Assembly: GCA_027487075.1 (NCBI GenBank)
Contig: JAIYEG010000002.1
Span: 79,202 to 143,201, forward strand
Reading direction: 5' to 3'
DNA from: a bacterium
Lineage (GTDB): Bacteria; Patescibacteriota; Minisyncoccia; Phycocordibacterales; CALRBL01
DNA length: 64,000 nucleotides
Both the position numbers and the translations under genes were made by a program. The first letter of the stretch is position 1. Every line of letters starts with the position of its first letter. Shown here piece by piece: positions 20,431-30,433 of this stretch. The notes under the pieces are model-generated. The model was not told where the DNA came from. It ran no database searches and saw nothing but the letters and a program-made list of their open reading frames with translations.

Positions 20431-20856
20431 ATGGGAAAAAAACGAATTGCAAAATCAGGAGGTGAAGAATCAAAGGCAAGCTCAGGAGCTGTAGCTTTTT
20501 CAAAGAAGCGTGTTGATAACGGCACACTTTATGTTCAGTCTACCTACAACAACACTAAGGTAGTGCTTGCTGATGCTAAGGGAAACACTCTTGCATGGTC
20601 ATCTTCTGGCTCAATTGGTTTCAAGGGTGCAAAGAAGGGTACTCCGTTTGCAGCTGCAAAGATCGGCGAAACTCTTGGAGCAAAGGCACAGACCATTGGC
20701 ATGAAGGAGGTTGATGTTGTCGTTAAAGGTGTAGGATCAGGCCGCGAATCAGCTATTCGCGGTTTCATTTCTAAAGGAATCGTTATCAACACTATCAAAG
20801 ACGTAACCCCCGTTCCTCACAACGGACCACGCCCTAAGAAACCACGACGAGTATAA
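20431..20856 (+). CDS. rpsK: 30S ribosomal protein S11
   Basis: STYNNT, KGTPFAA, DVTPVPHNG. Confidence 0.97.
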   Translation: MGKKRIAKSGGEESKASSGAVAFSKKRVDNGTLYVQSTYNNTKVVLADAKGNTLAWSSSGSIGFKGAKKGTPFAAAKIGETLGAKAQTIGMKEVDVVVKGVGSGRESAIRGFISKGIVINTIKDVTPVPHNGPRPKKPRRV

Positions 20857-20875
20857 ATTTTAATAACATACACAT

Positions 20876-21490
20876 ATGATACGAGGACCAAAATACAAAA
20901 TAGCACGACGCCTGGGAGCTCCTGTGTTCGAAAAGACACAGACTCAGAAGTTTAAGATCTCAGAAGAGCGCAAATCAAAAGGAAAGCGCAAAGGCGGCTT
21001 CGGTACTGCTACCAACTTTGCACTCCAGCTCAACGAAAAGCAGAAGGCGCGCTTTACCTATGGTGTTTCTGAAAAGCAATTTAAGAACTACGCAATGAAA
21101 GTTATTAATGCGAACTCATCAAACCCTCAGGAAGCACTCTTCACCGCACTCGAAACTCGCCTCGACAACGTCGTAGCACGTATCGGTCTTGGTTCTACGC
21201 GCGCTTTTGCACGTCAGCTCGTATCTCACGGACACATTCTCGTAAATAATCGCAAGGTAACCGTTCCTTCATACAAGGTTGAGAAGGGCGATGTTATTGC
21301 TATCCGAGAAGGAAGCAAAACAAAGACCGTTTTCAAAGACACTTTTGAGCAGGCAAAGACCCGCGAACTTCCTTTGTGGATTGCATTCAATGCAGAAAAG
21401 AAGTCATGGACCATCCAGGGTGCGCCGAAACTCGAAGGGGAGAACTTACTGTTTGATCTGGATTTAGTGATTCAGTATTACAAGCTATAA
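20876..21490 (+). CDS. rpsD: 30S ribosomal protein S4
   Basis: EKQKAR, LETRLDNVV, ARQLVSHGH. Confidence 0.97.
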   Translation: MIRGPKYKIARRLGAPVFEKTQTQKFKISEERKSKGKRKGGFGTATNFALQLNEKQKARFTYGVSEKQFKNYAMKVINANSSNPQEALFTALETRLDNVVARIGLGSTRAFARQLVSHGHILVNNRKVTVPSYKVEKGDVIAIREGSKTKTVFKDTFEQAKTRELPLWIAFNAEKKSWTIQGAPKLEGENLLFDLDLVIQYYKL

Positions 21491-21499
21491 TTTTTATAT

Positions 21500-22468
21500 A
21501 TGTCTGACCAACACGTTTTGCTACCATCAAAGCCAAAAATCATTGAAGAAGGCGACAAGCGCGGTGTTTTCGAAATTGACGGTCTTTACCCAGGCTACGG
21601 ACACACTCTTGGAAACTCTCTTCGCCGTATCATTCTTTCATCTCTTCCTGGAGCAGCTATCACTTCTATCAAAATCAAGGGCGTAAACCACGAATTTTCA
21701 TCAATGTCAGGTCTTAAGGAGGATGTGCTTACTCTTGTGCTCAACCTCAAAAAAGTGCGTCTTGAGACAGTATCAGACGAACCTCAGACACTTACCCTCA
21801 AAGTAAAGGGTATTAAAGAAGTAACCGCAGGAGATATCACTAAGAGTGGACAGGTAACTGTTCTCAACCCTGACCTCTACCTTGCAAGTATTACTGATAA
21901 AAATGTGGAGCTCGATGTCGAAATCACCGTAGAAAAGGGTCTTGGCTACGTAAGCAAGGAAGTGCTCCAGAAAGAAAAGATGGATATCGGAGCAATCGCT
22001 CTTGATGCACGTTTCAGCCCTATCGAGCGCGTAAGCTACGAGGTAGAAAACATGCGCGTTGGAGATCGAACAGACTTCAACCGTCTTAAGATCGCTATCG
22101 AGACAGACGGCACCATCACTCCAAAGCGTGCTCTCGAGAAGTCTATCGAAATCATGATCAACCAGCTTAAGGCGATCGTTGGTTTCAAGGAAGAAAGCCG
22201 TTTCCTCATCGAAGATGAATCATCAGAAGAAGCGGGTGAAGTTTCTTCAGAAAACAAAGAAGAAATGGAGGATTTCCTCAAGACCCGCATCGAATCTCTC
22301 GATCTTTCAGCTCGTGCGATCAATGCACTTATCAATGCAAACATCCGCACTGTCGGAGGTCTTGCTCGTAAGAAAGAGAAGGATATCCTCAGCATTGAAG
22401 GACTAGGCGCAACCAGCGTAGAGGAGATCAAGAAGATGCTCCTTGCAAATGGCATCACTCTTAAGTAA
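21500..22468 (+). CDS. rpoA: RNA polymerase alpha subunit
   Basis: GYGHTLGNSLRRIILSSLPG; alpha-CTD present. Confidence 0.97.
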   Translation: MSDQHVLLPSKPKIIEEGDKRGVFEIDGLYPGYGHTLGNSLRRIILSSLPGAAITSIKIKGVNHEFSSMSGLKEDVLTLVLNLKKVRLETVSDEPQTLTLKVKGIKEVTAGDITKSGQVTVLNPDLYLASITDKNVELDVEITVEKGLGYVSKEVLQKEKMDIGAIALDARFSPIERVSYEVENMRVGDRTDFNRLKIAIETDGTITPKRALEKSIEIMINQLKAIVGFKEESRFLIEDESSEEAGEVSSENKEEMEDFLKTRIESLDLSARAINALINANIRTVGGLARKKEKDILSIEGLGATSVEEIKKMLLANGITLK

Positions 22469-22496
22469 TATAGCAATCTGCCCGTAATCACCATAT

Positions 22497-22847
22497 ATGA
22501 GACACCACAACAAGAACCGAATACTAGGACGAGACCGTAAGGGAAGAGCTGCTCTTCTCAAGTCTTTGATGTACTCTCTTCTTGTACACGAAGGTATGGT
22601 GACTACTCTTGCTAAAGCAAAAGAAGTACGCCCACACGTCGAAAAGCTCCTCACTACTGCAAAGACCGATACCCTCGCTTCACGAAAGCTTGTCTATTCA
22701 CGCGTAGGATACAGCGAGGCTTCTAAGAAGCTCTTCACCACCATCGCTCCTCGCTATGCAGACCGCAACGGTGGATATACCCGTATCCTCAAGATGCCTC
22801 GCCGAAAGAGCGACGCAGCAGAAATGGCTCGTATCGAATTCGTATAA
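22497..22847 (+). CDS. rplQ: 50S ribosomal protein L17
   Basis: MRHH, TTLAKAKE, RNGGYTRI. Confidence 0.97.
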   Translation: MRHHNKNRILGRDRKGRAALLKSLMYSLLVHEGMVTTLAKAKEVRPHVEKLLTTAKTDTLASRKLVYSRVGYSEASKKLFTTIAPRYADRNGGYTRILKMPRRKSDAAEMARIEFV

Positions 22848-22857
22848 TTTCATTACC

Positions 22858-23205
22858 ATGACTACAAAAACTATTGATGCAACAAATAAGAAACTAGGAC
22901 GTGTCGCGAGCGAAGTGGCTTCAGTCCTTCGTGGCAAAGACACCGTCGCTTTCACCCCTCATGTTTTCGCTGATGTGAAAGTAGAAGTTACTAATGCATC
23001 AAAGATCAATGTAGATGACACCAAGAAGCGCACCAAGATGTACAAGCGCTATTCAGGATACCCAGGAGGTCAGCGAGAGCTTTCTCTCGAGAAGGTGACC
23101 GAAAAGAAGGGTATGAAAGAAGCAGTTCGTATTGCAGTTCGCGGCATGCTTCCTCCAAACAAGCTTCGCGCAAAGATGCTTCGCAATTTAACCATCACTG
23201 ATTAA
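22858..23205 (+). CDS. rplM: 50S ribosomal protein L13
   Basis: IDA...LGRVAS, YSGYPGG, AVRGMLP. Confidence 0.96.
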   Translation: MTTKTIDATNKKLGRVASEVASVLRGKDTVAFTPHVFADVKVEVTNASKINVDDTKKRTKMYKRYSGYPGGQRELSLEKVTEKKGMKEAVRIAVRGMLPPNKLRAKMLRNLTITD

Positions 23206-23211
23206 TATTTT

Positions 23212-23619
23212 ATGACCACAGCTACCAAAGACCGATACGTAGAAGGAGTAGGACGACGCAAGACGTCTGTTGCACGCGCCCGCCTTACTGAAGCTTCAAA
23301 GGCTTCATTCCTCATCAACGATCGCGACATCGCAGAACACTTCAAGACCGAAGAGCTCCGCCGTGTAGCTACCGAAGCATTTGATGCTGCAGGTACCGCC
23401 ATCAAGTACAAAGTGACCGTCAAGGTGACTGGTGGAGGTGTGTCATCTCAAGCAGTTGCCGTACGCCACGCTATCTCACGTGCACTCAATGATATCGACG
23501 GGGCAATGCGCGCACCCCTCAAGAAAGCCGGATTCCTCAAGCGAGATCCTCGCGCAAAAGAGCGCCGCAAGTTCGGTCTCAAGAAAGCCCGCAAGTCTCC
23601 TCAGTGGAGCAAGCGATAG
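23212..23619 (+). CDS. rpsI: 30S ribosomal protein S9
   Basis: GRRKTSVAR, ERRKFGLKKARKSPQWSKR. Confidence 0.97.
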   Translation: MTTATKDRYVEGVGRRKTSVARARLTEASKASFLINDRDIAEHFKTEELRRVATEAFDAAGTAIKYKVTVKVTGGGVSSQAVAVRHAISRALNDIDGAMRAPLKKAGFLKRDPRAKERRKFGLKKARKSPQWSKR

Positions 23620-23622
23620 TCA

Positions 23623-23650
23623 AAAAAAAGTCCCCGCAAGGGGATTTTTT
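23623..23650 (+). terminator. intrinsic terminator after rpsI
   Basis: AAAAAAGTCCCC-GCAA-GGGGATTTTTT. Confidence 0.85.
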
Positions 23651-23673
23651 AATGCTAGTATAGAGGCAAGCAT

Positions 23674-23817
23674 ATGAGCACACTGACACCTACGCAAGCG
23701 CGCATCCGCCATGAAAGAGCAGTTGTTGCACAAAGGATGCAGCAAAAACCAAAGAATAAGAAAAGACGGAAAAATACTCACCGAACGTTCCGAAGTCTTC
23801 AAAATCCCGGTGAGTGA
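23674..23817 (+). CDS. small basic protein (47 aa)
   Basis: MSTLTPTQARIRHERAVVAQRMQQKPKNKKRRKNTHRTFRSLQNPGE; TGnTAGTAT promoter upstream, terminator 23834-23868 downstream. Confidence 0.55.
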   Translation: MSTLTPTQARIRHERAVVAQRMQQKPKNKKRRKNTHRTFRSLQNPGE

Positions 23818-23869
23818 AATACACCAACAAGCAAAAGGGCTCCCACTCGGGGAGCCCTTTCCTTTTTGC

Positions 23870-24235
23870 TCAGTTAGCAAACTGCTTCATACGTGCACGC
23901 AAATTCCTTTTTCCACAGTGAACTGGGATCACTCCCTTGAGACCCCATTGCCCTTGGAAGGCAATAAACATCTCAGGTAGTGGTACCTGATCAACGAGAA
24001 AGACGATTGCGAGCGACGGATGACTACGATGGATACGAGAAAGCGCCTCTGCTTCGGCGGGTACTTGAAGAAGGTTTTCGCGACATACAAGCTCGTGGCA
24101 TACCGGAGTTTGCTCGAGCATACTTTCAGCAGTAGCAATCCGGAAACACCACTGGACATCGATATGTGAGCGGACAAGGTGATTTTGCCAGGCCCTTTGC
24201 AGCAACCGATTTGGTTCAGCAATTATGACATTCAT
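23870..24235 (-). CDS. degenerate receiver-like domain protein
   Basis: MNVIIAEPNRLL...HPSLAIVFL...GLKGVIP pattern resembles the REC fold. Confidence 0.5.
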   Translation of the reverse strand: MNVIIAEPNRLLQRAWQNHLVRSHIDVQWCFRIATAESMLEQTPVCHELVCRENLLQVPAEAEALSRIHRSHPSLAIVFLVDQVPLPEMFIAFQGQWGLKGVIPVHCGKRNLRARMKQFAN

Positions 24236-24331
24236 ATGAAGAGAGGTTATGGAGGGTGAAGAGAACTCAGGTTCGACTGTAAGTATACGCCTCTTTGCAT
24301 TTTAAAAACAGGTGAGTACAATAAGTGTCCT

Positions 24332-24886
24332 ATGAACGACGAACAAGATATCATTATCGAACAAGACGGCAATGAAGAGCTTCCGAAAGATGAGCGTGGT
24401 GGAGATACTGTTTCAAAGCTTCGGGAAAAACTAAGGGTAGCTATCGAAGAAAAACAGAAGTATCTTGATGGATGGCAGCGTGACAAAGCCGAGTTTGTGA
24501 ATGCTCGCAAACGCGATGAGGAAGATAAAAAGAATCTCATCAAGTTCGCAACGAGCAATCTCATCTCTGAGCTCATCCCCACACTCGACGCATTCGACAT
24601 GGCTATGGCCAACAAGGAGGCATGGGAAAAGGCAGATAAGAACTGGAGAACAGGTGTAGAATATATTTACTCACAGATATCTAACACACTACAAAACAAT
24701 GGACTTACGAAAATTGATCCAAAAGGCCAAGTCTTCGATCCCACTCATCATCACTCTGTTGCAGCTGTACCGGTTACTGAAAAAGATTTGGACGGGAAGG
24801 TCATCGAAGTAGTTGCCTACGGGTATACACTCAATGGAAAAGTGTTGCGCGAGCCGCAGGTGAAAGTTGGAGAATATAAAGCATAA
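24332..24886 (+). CDS. grpE: nucleotide exchange factor GrpE
   Basis: AEFVNARKR, FDPTHHHSV, GYTLNGKVLR. Confidence 0.95.
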   Translation: MNDEQDIIIEQDGNEELPKDERGGDTVSKLREKLRVAIEEKQKYLDGWQRDKAEFVNARKRDEEDKKNLIKFATSNLISELIPTLDAFDMAMANKEAWEKADKNWRTGVEYIYSQISNTLQNNGLTKIDPKGQVFDPTHHHSVAAVPVTEKDLDGKVIEVVAYGYTLNGKVLREPQVKVGEYKA

Positions 24887-24900
24887 GGTATACTTGGTGT

Positions 24901-25293
24901 ATGGAAGTACCTAGGTTTGAATCTCACGAAGAAGATATTTATGAGCCAGTGCTTGAACTTGGTGACTATCTTAATGAGTTACAAGCAGCTGGAATGGTGA
25001 TCGATGGCGAGTTAATTCGAGTCGGCAACAAAATGAAAACTGTTGAAGAACGCTACAAACTACTAAAGGGAAGAACCGGAGGACCATCAGATGAAGAGAT
25101 ACAAAAACTCATTAGTGCCCATCCGAAAAAAGTAGAACTCATTAATTACCTTGCACACCTCATTAATGAACATGGGGATGACACTATTCTATTTATGCAA
25201 GCTTCAAATAAACTTCACCAACTGGTAAAAGGGAAAGATACTCCGCTTTTCTATACAGAACCCGAAGCAAATCCCGATAATCTTGCGCTTTAA
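24901..25293 (+). CDS. hypothetical protein
   Basis: 130-aa ORF; TATACT 6 nt before the ATG. Confidence 0.7.
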   Translation: MEVPRFESHEEDIYEPVLELGDYLNELQAAGMVIDGELIRVGNKMKTVEERYKLLKGRTGGPSDEEIQKLISAHPKKVELINYLAHLINEHGDDTILFMQASNKLHQLVKGKDTPLFYTEPEANPDNLAL

Positions 25294-25340
25294 CAAGGCA
25301 TTCTTGACACCTCCATATTTCTGATATAATACCGCTATCT

Positions 25341-25640
25341 ATGCAGCTTACTCGACAACACGTACAAATTATAGAGAAAGTCGTACACACCGAGCAAGGC
25401 GTATTTTTGGCGCGTTTTGCCGTTGCAAACATTGGCGGCGTCCTCAAAGCCAAACTCATTTCGATGGTCTCAGTCGACGAGCCAAGTGCTATCCAAAACT
25501 CAGTTTTTCTTCTTGAAAATCCTCGCACTGCTCAGCAAGTCATCTATGTAGAACCTTCATCAGACCTTATCGTATCACCGTACTCAGAACTTTTTTTCCT
25601 TACTTCAATATCACCTCGGGCTCCCAACACTACGAAATAA
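25341..25640 (+). CDS. dnaK-upstream ORF with C-terminal SPRAP motif (candidate arrest/leader peptide)
   Basis: TTGACA and TATAAT upstream; ends FFLTSISPRAPNTTK; a structured hairpin begins right after the stop. Confidence 0.6.
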   Translation: MQLTRQHVQIIEKVVHTEQGVFLARFAVANIGGVLKAKLISMVSVDEPSAIQNSVFLLENPRTAQQVIYVEPSSDLIVSPYSELFFLTSISPRAPNTTK

Positions 25641-25728
25641 CTCTCCGAAGAACACGCATATTTTTCTGCTGAAAAATTGCTATGCTCGCTTCGTCAAGCG
25701 TGCGCAATGTTCTTCTTGAGAGTTTTTT
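25641..25728 (+). promoter_or_regulatory. branched hairpin plus T6 between the upstream ORF and dnaK (attenuator candidate)
   Basis: CTCTC/GAGAG, GAAGAACA/TGTTCTTC and CGCA/TGCG pairings, then TTTTTT. Confidence 0.55.
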
Positions 25729-25769
25729 CTCCGTTCTTTTATTCACATTAACTCTCAAATAAAACTAAC

Positions 25770-27647
25770 ATGGCAAAAATCATTGGAATTGATCTCGGAA
25801 CAACCAACTCTGCAGTCGCAGTGATGGAAGCAGGAGATCCAAAAATCTTGGAAAACACTGAAGGCGCACGCACCACTCCCTCAATCGTTGCTCAGACCAA
25901 AACGGGTGAGCGCGTAGTGGGACTCATTGCTCGTCGTCAGGCGGTAACCAACCCAAAGAACACCGTCTACGGTATCAAGCGATTCATCGGACACACCTTC
26001 GACGAAGCTGCTGTGCAGAAAGACAAGAAGACCGTTCCGTACGAAGTGTCAAAATCTTCAAACGGCGGTGTAGAAGTTAAAATGGGTGATAAAGGATATC
26101 GTCCTGAAGAAATTTCAGCGATGATCCTCACCAAGCTCAAGAACGATGCAGAGGCAAAACTCGGCGAGAAAATCACCGAAGCAATCATCACCGTACCTGC
26201 ATACTTCAACGACTCACAGCGTCAGGCAACAAAAGACGCGGGAAAGATTGCAGGTCTTGATGTGAAGCGTATCATCAACGAACCTACCGCAGCCGCACTT
26301 GCGTATGGTTTCAACAAAAAGAAAGATGAAAAGATCGTAGTATACGACTTCGGAGGAGGAACCTTCGACATCTCAGTGCTTGAAGTAGGTGATGATGTAG
26401 TGGAAGTGAAGTCAACTGATGGAGACTCACACTTGGGAGGTAAGGACATCGACCAGAAGATCTTGAATTGGATTGCAGAAGAATTCAAAAAAGAATCTGG
26501 TATCGACGTGCGCAACGATGCACTCGCTATCCAGCGACTCGACGAAGCCGCAGAAAAAGCAAAGATCGAGCTCTCAACCGCAATGGAAACTGAAATCAAT
26601 ATTCCATTCATCACCTCAGATGCATCAGGTCCTCGACACCTTCTCATCAAGATGACCCGCGCAAAGCTCGAAGAGCTCACTCGCGAATTCATCGATCGCT
26701 CAATCGAAATCACCAAGCGCGCCATGGAAGCATCTCCCTTCAAGCTTGCTGACATCAACGAAGTGATTCTTGTGGGAGGACAGACACGTATGCCTGCCAT
26801 CATTGAGGCGGTGAAGAAATTCTTCGGCAAGGAGCCAAACAAGAGCATCAACCCTGACGAAGTAGTAGCACTCGGAGCTGCAATTCAGGCAGGTATCATT
26901 CAAGGAGACGTGAAGGATATCCTTCTTCTTGATGTGATCCCGCTTTCTCTTGGTATCGAAACTATGGGAGGCGTTGCAACAAAGCTCATCGAGCGCAACA
27001 CCACCATCCCCACCTCAAAGTCACAGGTGTTCTCAACCGCTGCTGACAATCAGACATCGGTAGAGATCAACATTGTGCAAGGAGACCGTGCTATGGCATC
27101 AGACAACAAATCACTCGGACGCTTCGTGCTCGAAGGTATTCCGCCCGCACCACGAGGTATTCCTCAGGTTGAAGTATCATTCGATGTCGATGCAAACGGT
27201 ATCTTGAATGTGAAAGCAAAGGATAAGTCGACTGGAAAAGAACAGACCATTCGCATCGAAGCATCATCAGGTCTTTCAAAAGATGATATCGAGAAGATGA
27301 AGAAGGATGCTGAGATGAACGAAGAAGCTGACAAGAAAAAGAAGGAAGTGGTAGAAGCAAAGAACTTTGCTGAACAGCTTCACTACACTGCAGAGAAGTC
27401 ACTCAAAGACGGAGGTGACAAAATCCCTGCAGACGTGAAGGCAACCGTTGAAGGAAAGATGGAAGCGCTAAAGAAAGCAAAGGAAGGTGATGATCTTGAG
27501 ACCATCAAGAAAGCAACTGAAGAACTTTCAACGGAACTTCAGAAGATCGGCCAGTACATGCAGCAGGAAGCTCCAAAAGAAGAACCTAAAAAGGAAGGCG
27601 AGGGAGACATCCGTGACGCCGAAGTGAAGGAGGAACCTAAGGCATAA
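25770..27647 (+). CDS. dnaK: chaperone DnaK
   Basis: [35 protein letters not shown]. Confidence 0.98.
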   Translation: MAKIIGIDLGTTNSAVAVMEAGDPKILENTEGARTTPSIVAQTKTGERVVGLIARRQAVTNPKNTVYGIKRFIGHTFDEAAVQKDKKTVPYEVSKSSNGGVEVKMGDKGYRPEEISAMILTKLKNDAEAKLGEKITEAIITVPAYFNDSQRQATKDAGKIAGLDVKRIINEPTAAALAYGFNKKKDEKIVVYDFGGGTFDISVLEVGDDVVEVKSTDGDSHLGGKDIDQKILNWIAEEFKKESGIDVRNDALAIQRLDEAAEKAKIELSTAMETEINIPFITSDASGPRHLLIKMTRAKLEELTREFIDRSIEITKRAMEASPFKLADINEVILVGGQTRMPAIIEAVKKFFGKEPNKSINPDEVVALGAAIQAGIIQGDVKDILLLDVIPLSLGIETMGGVATKLIERNTTIPTSKSQVFSTAADNQTSVEINIVQGDRAMASDNKSLGRFVLEGIPPAPRGIPQVEVSFDVDANGILNVKAKDKSTGKEQTIRIEASSGLSKDDIEKMKKDAEMNEEADKKKKEVVEAKNFAEQLHYTAEKSLKDGGDKIPADVKATVEGKMEALKKAKEGDDLETIKKATEELSTELQKIGQYMQQEAPKEEPKKEGEGDIRDAEVKEEPKA

Positions 27648-27653
27648 ATAGAA

Positions 27654-27706
27654 AAAGACCCCGTCTCTGCCCATCACCGTAGCGGTGGGCAGGACACGGG
27701 GTCTTT
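27654..27706. terminator. bidirectional terminator
   Basis: AAAGACCCCGT...ACGGGGTCTTT long hairpin. Confidence 0.8.
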
Positions 27707-27711
27707 GAAAT

Positions 27712-27909
27712 TCACTGACGTTTGAAGAGTCGGTGAGCAGCGTACATGGTGATTACGATTGTCTCCCAAAAAACCACTTGCTTTACCCATTCAGGGTACT
27801 GCGAAAAGTGTTGGTAAACGTACTGATTGACCCATACAGCTCCAGCAATGACCTGAAGAAGGATGAGAACCCTCAGAACCTTTTCAACAACGGCATTAAG
27901 TCGCTTCAT
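27712..27909 (-). CDS. small membrane protein
   Basis: 65 aa with two hydrophobic segments. Confidence 0.55.
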   Translation of the reverse strand: MKRLNAVVEKVLRVLILLQVIAGAVWVNQYVYQHFSQYPEWVKQVVFWETIVITMYAAHRLFKRQ

Positions 27910-27988
27910 TTGAATTAATTTACTTAGTTACCGCACACCTCATTGCGCACGGTTTTAAAATAAAGTATCATAAAATATATATTTGTCA

Positions 27989-28846
27989 ATGAATAACAAA
28001 GACTACTACAACATACTCGGCGTCCAAAAGAACGCGTCTCAAGACGAGATCAAGAAGGCGTTCCGCAAGCTCGCGCACGAACATCACCCCGACAAAAAGG
28101 GTGGTGATGATGCGAAGTTCAAAGAAGTGAGCGAGGCATACAGTGTCCTCAGCGATGAGAAGAAGCGTGCGCAATACGATCAGTTCGGCTCAAACTTTGG
28201 AAATATGGGAGGTGCGGGTGGATTCAATCCGAACGACTTCGGCTTCGACTTCTCTGGATTCCAAGGCGGCTTCAATGGTCAAAATGTTGAGTTCGATCTT
28301 GGCGATATCTTTAGTACATTCTTCGGAGGAGGTCGCATGCGTCGTGGGAAGACCATCCGCGTTGATATAGACTTAAGCTTCAAAGAATCCATCTTTGGTA
28401 CCGAAAAAACCGTCCGTGCAGGTGGCAATTCAAGTGTGACCATCAAGATTCCTCCAGGGGTAGAACATGGTACCACCTTACGTGTTGCAGGCCGTGGCGA
28501 ACCTCTCGAGGGAGGGCAGCCGGGCGATCTCCATGTGCGCATTTATGTCACTCCAGACCCACGCTTCAAAAAGCAGGGAATGAATATTGTCACCGATGCA
28601 AAGATTGCGCTGTCGATGTCACTTCTTGGAGGAGAACTGCTCATTCCTACACTCGATGGCGATATGACGCTCAAGATCCCAGAACGCGTTTCAAACGGAG
28701 AAATACTTCGCATCAAAGGTAAGGGTGTACCTGATGAACGAGGACGACGAGGCGATTTGTATGTGCGTGTAGTGGTGGATGTATCAAAGAAACTTTCGAA
28801 GGATGCACGAAAGTTGGTGGAAGAGCTGAAGAAAGAGGGGTTCTAA
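27989..28846 (+). CDS. dnaJ: DnaJ-family co-chaperone without zinc finger (class II/CbpA-like)
   Basis: J domain with HPD, G/F-rich region, C-terminal domain; no CxxCxGxG repeats. Confidence 0.9.
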   Translation: MNNKDYYNILGVQKNASQDEIKKAFRKLAHEHHPDKKGGDDAKFKEVSEAYSVLSDEKKRAQYDQFGSNFGNMGGAGGFNPNDFGFDFSGFQGGFNGQNVEFDLGDIFSTFFGGGRMRRGKTIRVDIDLSFKESIFGTEKTVRAGGNSSVTIKIPPGVEHGTTLRVAGRGEPLEGGQPGDLHVRIYVTPDPRFKKQGMNIVTDAKIALSMSLLGGELLIPTLDGDMTLKIPERVSNGEILRIKGKGVPDERGRRGDLYVRVVVDVSKKLSKDARKLVEELKKEGF

Positions 28847-28905
28847 TATAAAAACCGCCCCGCCACGTGTGTGGAGGGGACGGTGATTGATGTGCGTTCG
28901 GCGTC

Positions 28906-29139
28906 TTACGACTTCTTTTGCTCGCTTTTCGTCTTGATGAACAGGTTCAAGACAGTGCCAATGAATGCGAGCCACAGAATACACCCGATGAAGGGATAAA
29001 AAGGGTCGGTATGGAATCCGGTCCAGTGGTATCCTGTCTTTTGGCTAACGTAAGCCTCGATTGAGGGGAACGCATAGAAGAAGCCGAACAGTCCGTTGGT
29101 GACTGCGAAGGCGATAACTATAATCTTAAGGACGAGCAT
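28906..29139 (-). CDS. small membrane protein
   Basis: MLVLKIIVIAFAV..., two TM segments, GGAG upstream of ATG 29139. Confidence 0.55.
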   Translation of the reverse strand: MLVLKIIVIAFAVTNGLFGFFYAFPSIEAYVSQKTGYHWTGFHTDPFYPFIGCILWLAFIGTVLNLFIKTKSEQKKS

Positions 29140-29217
29140 GATGTGGTGATCTCCTGGTATGTAATTTACATGCGTAGGTGCGCATGGGTTCGGTAAGACC
29201 ATAGCATATTTTAAGTA

Positions 29218-29328
29218 GACAGGCACCTTTTGTCCCATAGGGAGACTCGCGGAGCGCGACGGCGCGAGCGTGAAGAATTTTATACCAATAAAATATCTGT
29301 GCTCCCGAAGGGACAAAAGGTGCCTGTC
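29218..29328. repeat. 111-bp element with perfect 19-bp terminal inverted repeats (MITE/REP-like)
   Basis: GACAGGCACCTTTTGTCCC ... GGGACAAAAGGTGCCTGTC. Confidence 0.7.
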
Positions 29329-29354
29329 CCCATTTAATTTGATATGGTGTCAGC

Positions 29355-30041
29355 ATGCCTCAGACAGATGCGTGGGAGCGAGAGTATCGCAATCCAAAAC
29401 TCGTCACCAAAAAAGCCGAGCCACAGAACGATGTAAAACGTTTTTTGAAGTGGCTCAAAAAAGAGCAGGGTGTTGCACTCGAACATTTACACGTTCTTGA
29501 TCTTGGGTGTGGTACCGGTCGCAATGCAAACTATCTTGCGGAACTAGGATGCATAGTCACCGGCTTTGAAATATCTTCAACCGCACTTCGCATTGCACAA
29601 GAGCGTGCCACTGAACTCGGAGTAAGCCCTTCCTACCATCTCCGTAGTATCGGCGCTCCATACCAACTCTCCGATGACAGTATTGATCTCGCTCTTGATG
29701 TCACCTCTTCGAATTCTCTGAACGAGCACGAGCGATCAGTATATCTCACTGAGACAGCACGTGTACTTAAAACAGGAGGATATATATTTGTGCGCGCACT
29801 GTGCAAAGAAGGGGATGCGAATGTCAAAGAATTACTAAAACGGAACCCCGGATCAGAATATGATACCTATGTGAATACTCAAATGGGGCTCACTGAACGC
29901 GTCTTTAGTCGAGAAGATTTTGTTGCAACTTATTCACCACTGTTTTCTATCGAGCATCTCGAAAAGAAAAGCGGGTATGCACACTTTAATGGTCGCATCT
30001 ATAAGCGTAACTATTGGCTCGCGTATCTAAAAAAGATATAA
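29355..30041 (+). CDS. class I SAM-dependent methyltransferase
   Basis: VLDLGCGTGRN. Confidence 0.9.
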   Translation: MPQTDAWEREYRNPKLVTKKAEPQNDVKRFLKWLKKEQGVALEHLHVLDLGCGTGRNANYLAELGCIVTGFEISSTALRIAQERATELGVSPSYHLRSIGAPYQLSDDSIDLALDVTSSNSLNEHERSVYLTETARVLKTGGYIFVRALCKEGDANVKELLKRNPGSEYDTYVNTQMGLTERVFSREDFVATYSPLFSIEHLEKKSGYAHFNGRIYKRNYWLAYLKKI

Positions 30042-30048
30042 TCTACCT

Positions 30049-30420
30049 ATGCACATTTTGTTATCGTTGATTCTTTCGTTTTATCCCGCACTCTTCGTCT
30101 ATCAATCACTGCCACTTGCGTGGGCAAAACAACTCGACATTCTAACACTCAAGTTTCTCGCGTTTGCTCTTATTTTTGCTTGCACATATCTTGTGATGAA
30201 AAAGTTTGTCTCGCTCGGGTACCACATTCCGCGATCAGGCATCCTTCGTGGTGTGCTTCTCACGGTGTTTACCGTCGTCCTTGCTCTCATTAGTTTCTAT
30301 GTATTCCTCCCAGGCGAAACCGTCTACGCATCACCAAAAATTCTCGATAGCTATGTTCTCAAAAATCCTTACATGTTCTTGTGGCTTATTGCGCCTTTTG
30401 TGTATTTGTTTTTTGAGTAG
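30049..30420 (+). CDS. membrane protein
   Basis: Four hydrophobic segments. Confidence 0.75.
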   Translation: MHILLSLILSFYPALFVYQSLPLAWAKQLDILTLKFLAFALIFACTYLVMKKFVSLGYHIPRSGILRGVLLTVFTVVLALISFYVFLPGETVYASPKILDSYVLKNPYMFLWLIAPFVYLFFE

Positions 30421-30433
30421 TAATTAAAACTAT

